Shown here: positions 54,381 through 64,000 of the stretch, piece after piece
Position numbering within the stretch: the first letter of the stretch is position 1
Layout: each line of letters begins with the position of its first letter
Source: Eledone cirrhosa
Taxonomy: Eukaryota
Direction: 5' to 3'
Assembly: GCA_964016885.1 (NCBI GenBank)
Contig: OZ024740.1
Location: forward strand, 202,678,001-202,742,000
DNA length: 64,000 nt
Made by a program: the position numbers and the translations under genes
The notes under the pieces: generated by a model
Databases searched by the model: none
Told to the model about the DNA's origin: nothing
Seen by the model: the letters and a program-made list of their open reading frames with translations, nothing else

Positions 54381-56660
54381 TTGTTATACTTGGGGAGGGT
54401 CATATTTGTGTAATATTGCCAGAATTAATAACAGAACACGCTCACTGTTTGGTTGGTTTTCGCTTCTCGCTTCTGTGTCTTTTATATCGGTAATCTAACT
54501 TACTCGGTCCTGAATGTTGCCATTGACTGACCGACGGTCAAAAATAATACAGATACAATATAGACACAAACACATATATATAGTTTATCATAAATCTTTC
54601 GTTGCACATCTGCAACATCGTCAGTGGTGTTATATTTTCCTCCTGTTGTGTTGTATGTCTACGCCATTTTTATTCAGTCTGTCTATATATTTATTTGCTT
54701 GTTTGTTTATTTTATTTTGTTTTCTTTGCGCATGCGTTTGCGTGTGTGTATAGTGTTTTGTTTGCTGTGTGATGGGTGACTAGTGTGTGTTTATGTGTTT
54801 GTTGTTATTGTGCTTGTGCATGTATTTATTTATTTATTTTATTTTATTTACTTATTTATACTTCTCTTAGGTCAGTGTTGTTTGTTTGGGTGTTGTTGTT
54901 ATTCTATTCATTCTTTCTGTTTAGCCTTGGTCTTCTAATTTCTATTTCACTGGCCTCTCTGATTTGCCTATCTGCTGGGTAATTTCTATGTTTAGATATT
55001 ATTCTAATTTCTATGTTGTCTATGTTACCGTCATGTTGTTGTCTAGCATGTTCGTATAGTACTGACCCGTTTTTTCGTCCTTTTAGTTCCCCCCAGTGTT
55101 GGTCTATCCTTTCACCTATGCTACGAGCTGTCTCACCTATGTATGTTGTTGTCATGTTTCTGCAAGTACCCTCTGTACATCTTATGCTATAGACTACGTT
55201 TCTAGTTTTGCAGTTTATCCGGGGGTTCACCTTACATATGATACATTTCCTATTGGTACAGTGGGTTTTCTTAAAAGGGTAGGTTTTGCTGATCAGGGAT
55301 TTTATGGTGGTTCCTGGCTTTTCTACCACCTTTATTTTTAAGTGGGTCTTTCTCAGGGCCTTTCCACACTGGTTAGCTAATTTCCCTCCAGGGGTGGCGT
55401 CCACAAACATGACACTCTGGTATCTCTGGTTGTCGTACCATGAAGTGGCTTTCCTATCTTATGTCTAGCCCTATCTAAGCTATTCCATGATTTGCTCCTG
55501 TATAATGGGCAAATTCCTTTCATGTCCAGTTCTATGAGGGTCTTATACTTTTCCATGGCTCCTTCGTATACTCTGACTCTGTCTCTTTGGTTGTAGCCAG
55601 AGAACTGCATGCGGTTGATGAAGTGTTGGATGTGTCTTTCCATTTCTGTTGGGTCGCACATGCGGGACACATTCTTCATCACTCGTACCAAATCTGCGAT
55701 CAGAATATTAAACTTAGCACTACTGGACATTGCTGAGTTTTTGAGTATCAGGTATTTGGAGGCCATGGGTTTAGCATAGTGTGAGTGGAGAATTTAGGCT
55801 CTCTCGTCTATAGTGTTAATCCAGAGTTCTGTGTCTAATACAGGTAGTCTATTGTTAGGGTGTTTGGAAGGGAAGTCGATAATTACAGTTATACTCTGGT
55901 GTATGGAATTAGCTATCTGCTGGATGCTTTCCATCGTGCTACGTTCTAAATCAAACTTGTTAGTGCTCTCTAGTGGGGGTGTTCTTATAACTATATTGAT
56001 ATCGCCTACATAACAAGAGTACATGATGAGGTCTATGGAGCTCTCATTAAGGAGATCTTTAAGTCTCCTTTCCCACCATACCATGAAAAGGTTGGCAACA
56101 TCACCAGCTATGCTGACGCCGATGGCTGCTCCCTCATTTTGGGTGTAGATCTTCTCGTTGAACTTAACTATGTGGCCCTTTAGGGTAGTTTTGATACTAG
56201 CCCCTATTGCATGTGCGACCATTTTTCTTACCTGATCATTGCTTTGGGGGGTCCGTATAGCTTTGGTCCACCCAATCCACCTTCCCATGGGAGTCTTTTT
56301 TGCCATAGAGGTTATGGTGGGGGGTCTACCTCTTATAGGTCTACTAGGGCAGAAACATCTAAGGTCATGGCTGTCTAGGTAGTCAGTGTCGTAGGTAAGT
56401 CTAAGTAGGAGGCCCAGTTCGTCTGTGTCGACGTCGCAGAACTCCACTTCACTCTCAATGATCATCTCCACACATCTTTTCACAGCAAAATCAATGTTAA
56501 TGGATGGGTACAGTGACACCACATCCATGCTGCCTATTATGCAGTTGGATAGGCTCCTGTTTTTGTTGCACTCACTGATTCTGCTGAGGAGGTCCTCTGT
56601 ACTGTCACATACATCTGGGGATATCTTGATTATGGAGCGTATAACCATTGAGAGGAAGGA
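54381..56660 (-). mobile_element. Second, longer, inactivated copy of the same Penelope-like family
   Basis: Highly similar to 275-2018; adds the RT motifs SMDVVSLYPSI and GAAIG. YVDD is mutated to YVGD, with a stop near 55794 and a frameshift near 55450. Confidence 0.92.
54587..54628 (-). ncRNA. Degenerate hammerhead in the PLE pLTR (also at about 481-522)
   Basis: ACCA-CUGACGA-U-GUUGCA-GAUG-UGCAAC-GAAA-GAUU-UA-UGAU. Confidence 0.55.
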
Positions 56661-56900
56661 AGTAGGAGACCCAGATAACATCGGCAATATCCGTATGACT
56701 GATGTAAAACTACCGGAAGAATTTACCAATGACCACACAGTAAATATCTATGGGAACACTTTAATCAGTGAACAAAAACAACAAATCCTGCGGCTACCAC
56801 CAAAATTTGCCATCTAAAAGATTAACCCTATGGAGTGCAAAACGGAGCTGGAAAAGTGTTTCACAAAAATACGTTGGAATGCAAATGTAAACAACAACAA
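56661..56900 (+). mobile_element. N-terminal fragment of a PLE ORF, opposite orientation to the adjacent copy
   Basis: [30 protein letters not shown] resembles the L.L.PKF...E.E....K.RW motif upstream of PLE RTs. Confidence 0.55.
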
Positions 56901-56973
56901 CAATAATAATGGTAGTAGTAATATAAACAATAACTCTGAGTATAGAAATAACAGCCATAACTATAACAATAGC

Positions 56974-57525
56974 ATATATATATAAATATATATATATATG
57001 AATATATATATATATATATATATGAATATACATATATATGAATATATATATAAATATATATATAAATATATATATAAATATATATATAAATATATATAAA
57101 TATATATATAAAAATATATATAAATATATATATAAAAATATATATAAAAATATATATAAAAATATATATAAAAATATATATAAATATATATATAAATATA
57201 TATATAAAAATATATATAAATATATATATAAAAATATATATAAATATATATATAAATATATATATAAATATATATATAAATATAAATATATATATAAATA
57301 TATATAAATATATATAAATATATATAAATATATATATAAAATATATAAATATATATATAAATATATATAAATATATATAAATATATATATAAATATATAT
57401 AAATATATATAAATATATATATAAATATATATAAATATATATATAAATATATATATGTATATATACATATATATAAATATATATAAAATATATATAAATA
57501 TATATATAAATATATATATAAATAT

Positions 57526-57556
<31 letters not shown>

Positions 57557-57561
57557 AATAT

Positions 57562-57592
<31 letters not shown>

Positions 57593-57593
57593 A

Positions 57594-57626
<33 letters not shown>

Positions 57627-57709
57627 AATATATATATAAATATATATATAAATATATATATAAATATATATATAAATATATATATATATAAATATATATA
57701 TATATAAAT

Positions 57710-57766
<57 letters not shown>

Positions 57767-57779
57767 AATATATATATAA

Positions 57780-57816
<37 letters not shown>

Positions 57817-57835
57817 AATATAAATATATATATAA
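56974..57835. repeat. (TA)n / TAAA compound microsatellite
   Basis: Direct observation. Confidence 0.95.
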
Positions 57836-57977
57836 TTATAATAACAAAGATACGGGGTGCAAACACCAAAATCTACTTCAAGATTTCTAAATGAACAACA
57901 GCAGCCACAGTCATTGAGAATGATCAGCAATGATTCAAAATCAATAAGGTAAAGTTAAGACCCCCCCCCCCACATAT

Positions 57978-58059
<82 letters not shown>

Positions 58060-58115
58060 ATATATATATGTATCTATGTATGTATGTATGTATATAATTA
58101 GACAGATAGATAGAT

Positions 58116-58195
<80 letters not shown>

Positions 58196-59123
58196 GAAAG
58201 AAAGAAAGGAAGAAAGAGGGGGAGAGAGAGAAAGAGAGAGGGGGGGATATATAATCAATGAAAAGTACACAAACCTCAGCAACGAACAGTTCGTTTAATA
58301 TAACGGTACATGCTAACATTAATATGTGAGCAAAGAAACCTTATTAGGCTTTGTTTATTATCGGCGAGTGAAAATGAGTTATCATACAGTATGTGCTTCT
58401 CAATATATATATATATATAACTCTGATTTATCTGAATCATTGAGCCCTCTGCCGCTCATTTCGAATTTTGTTTATCGTGAACTCGTGCGCCGATTTTTCG
58501 ATACTCGATCATTCTAATATTTTTAGCTCTGGACATAGCTATCCACCGGTTAATTTTATTGCTCATTTTTTGTCGATTCTATTGAGTGATGAATAGCTCC
58601 TGTTTTATTTTAACATGTCTATTGAGCACTTTTATTCGATATGTGTATTTCCACATTTCCTCGAATAGTTTTCGCGGATGTAGAGGTTATCTCCCTTGCC
58701 GAAATCCATGTGCGTTTTTTGCTTGTGGTTAGCCTCTTTTCCGATAGGACGAAGCTCGTTGAAGAAGTATATCCAGTCCGCTTATTCTAGAAGTCTTATA
58801 TATTTATATGTGAGCTGATAGAGTACAGTCTAAGGATTTACAGAAACCCAAGAAGCTAGATTTAACACCTTTCTAGTGGGTCCGGGTATGATTTTACATT
58901 CATTTAAACTATTGATTTATTGATATTTTTTATCTGATTGTCCCGAATCTTCTATTATCGATTTTTTTTATCGTACGGTTGATTTTAGACTTGTTCTATG
59001 TGTGACGGTATTTTAACGATAGTTATAGCTCTGATTTATCTGAATCATTGAGCCCTCTGCCGCTCATTTCGAATTTTGTTTATCGTGAACTCGTGCGCCG
59101 ATTTTTCGATACTCGATCATTCT

Positions 59124-59166
<43 letters not shown>

Positions 59167-59322
59167 TAGAAAGTGAGGTTTTTTTTACAAAATGAAAAAT
59201 AACCGAGGTGTCCTACACGAGTGAAAGTATAAAGAAAAAGAGATGAAATCGAAAATGCAACTGGAGTCTTATTTTTTATTATATATTTATATAATATATT
59301 TAAAATATATATTTATTTGGTT

Positions 59323-59360
59323 CCTTTACCGGTTTCGCAGTTCTTCTGCTTTTCAAAAGG
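59323..59360 (-). ncRNA. Hammerhead ribozyme, U3:A8 core variant (mirror copy 59415-59452, plus strand)
   Basis: CCUU-UUGAAAA-GCAG-AAGAA-CUGC-GAAA-CCGG-UA-AAGG. Confidence 0.7.
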
Positions 59361-59534
59361 TGAGTTGAGATGGAGGGTCTGTGGTATTTCTCACAGACCC
59401 TCCATCTCAACTCACATTTTGAAAAGCAGAAGAACTGCGAAACCGGTAAAGGAACCAAATAAATATATGTATTTAAAAAAAAAATAAGACTCCAGTTGCA
59501 TTTTCGATTTCATCTCTTTTTCTTTATATATATC

Positions 59535-59567
<33 letters not shown>

Positions 59568-60120
59568 GCGTGTGCGTGTGCGTGTGTGTGTGTGTGCGCG
59601 CGCGCGCGCTTCTTTGATTAAACTTTAATCTGTTATTTTAATAAATATTTGCTCTACTGTTCTTATATATTTGATATATATTTATCCTTATCGAGCCCTC
59701 TTTGGATTTTAGTCTTCAAATTTATTATTATCTCTATATATATACATATATATAGGAAAAGGTATGACGCCGACGGCAGTGCTCAAGCCGTTTCGTATTG
59801 TGTACTCGGGTGCGTTATGGTCCATCTGGTTCCTTACTACAATTCCTTCGTTATATATATATATAGAGAGAGAAGGATAGGTCAAGAGAAAATGTAACAT
59901 ATCTATGCAGACCTATCAAATTAATATCTTACTGTTTCTACCTGTATACAAAAGAAAATGTGAAGATATTTAACTCTAGTAAATGGTTACATGTGATCTA
60001 GATGAGCATTAGTGAATGCAGCAGCATGACTGAATGGTTCAGGAGTTCGCTTCAAAATTATTACACGTTAGGTTTTAAATAAAATAATGGCTTCGTGGGC
60101 AAGTATCATTTACCATAACT

Positions 60121-60758
60121 TCATCATCATCAACGTCCGTGTTCCACGCTTGCATGGGTTTGGACGGGGGTTTTCCTACTTGAGGCAAGAGTGATTGTCT
60201 TGCTCGCATAGGACTGTCTGGCAGGTTTTCTACAGTTGGATGCCCTTCCTAACACCAACCACATTTACAGTGTGGGTCTGGGAGGTTTTTACCGTGTTGC
60301 CTACATGGCCACATTACAGCGTGGACTGTGTGTTTTTTTGTCGTGACACCTACACGATCTCATTTGTTTCGGCCTGGATGGTGTGGCACCAACATAACTT
60401 TACATAGAAGGGGGGCGGTGTGGATGGGGTGGGGGTGGTGGGACGGGGGTGTATTTTGTTAGAGATGCCTACTGACTGTAGTAGGTTTTACTTTGTATTT
60501 AGGTAAGGCGGGTCTTCTCTATTACTGAGTACCGCCAAAGGTCTCGGTCCAGTGACATTGTCTTGGTGAGGTGTAAGTGTGTGAGGTCGGAGTTTATCAG
60601 CTCGTCCCAGGTTTTTCTGGGTCTGCCTATTCCGTGGCTACCGTCTATCTTTATTGCCCTACACTTTGTTATACAGCTATCGTCCTTCATGCGCATCACG
60701 TGACCATACCAACGTAGCCTTCTCTCTAGTAAACAACATCTGATCCCTCTTATTTCTA
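60121..60758 (-). mobile_element. Short 3' fragment of the same RTE subfamily
   Basis: Reverse-complement match to about 52680-53430. Confidence 0.9.
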
Positions 60759-60771
60759 AATATATATATAA

Positions 60772-60802
<31 letters not shown>

Positions 60803-60831
60803 AATATATATATAAATATATATATATATAA

Positions 60832-60862
<31 letters not shown>

Positions 60863-60893
60863 AATATATATATATAGATATATATATATATAA

Positions 60894-64000
<3,107 letters not shown>

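Overview
AT-rich, repeat-dense animal genomic DNA; the RTE LINEs, SINE families and (TA)n tracts suggest an octopus or other coleoid cephalopod (inference). One host gene is visible on the + strand: a salt-inducible kinase of the SIK3 type. Fourteen phase-compatible GT-AG exons were traced by hand from 19186 to about 51858; the first exons lie upstream of the window and the 3' end is lost at a 200-N gap (51859-52058). The rest is mobile DNA and satellites: RTE LINEs (one with an intact RT ORF), two related GIY-YIG Penelope-like elements (PLEs), tRNA-derived SINEs, mariner remnants, piggyBac/hAT/pogo-type MITEs and 24-, 31/32- and 41-bp minisatellites. The most notable signal is a set of short unrelated elements inserted in (TA)n tracts, often as fold-back structures, carrying minimal PLE-type hammerhead ribozymes. 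Three different families use the compensatory U3:A8 core (UUGANAA) instead of C3:G8 (CUGANGA). All coordinates and structures were read by eye, without tools.
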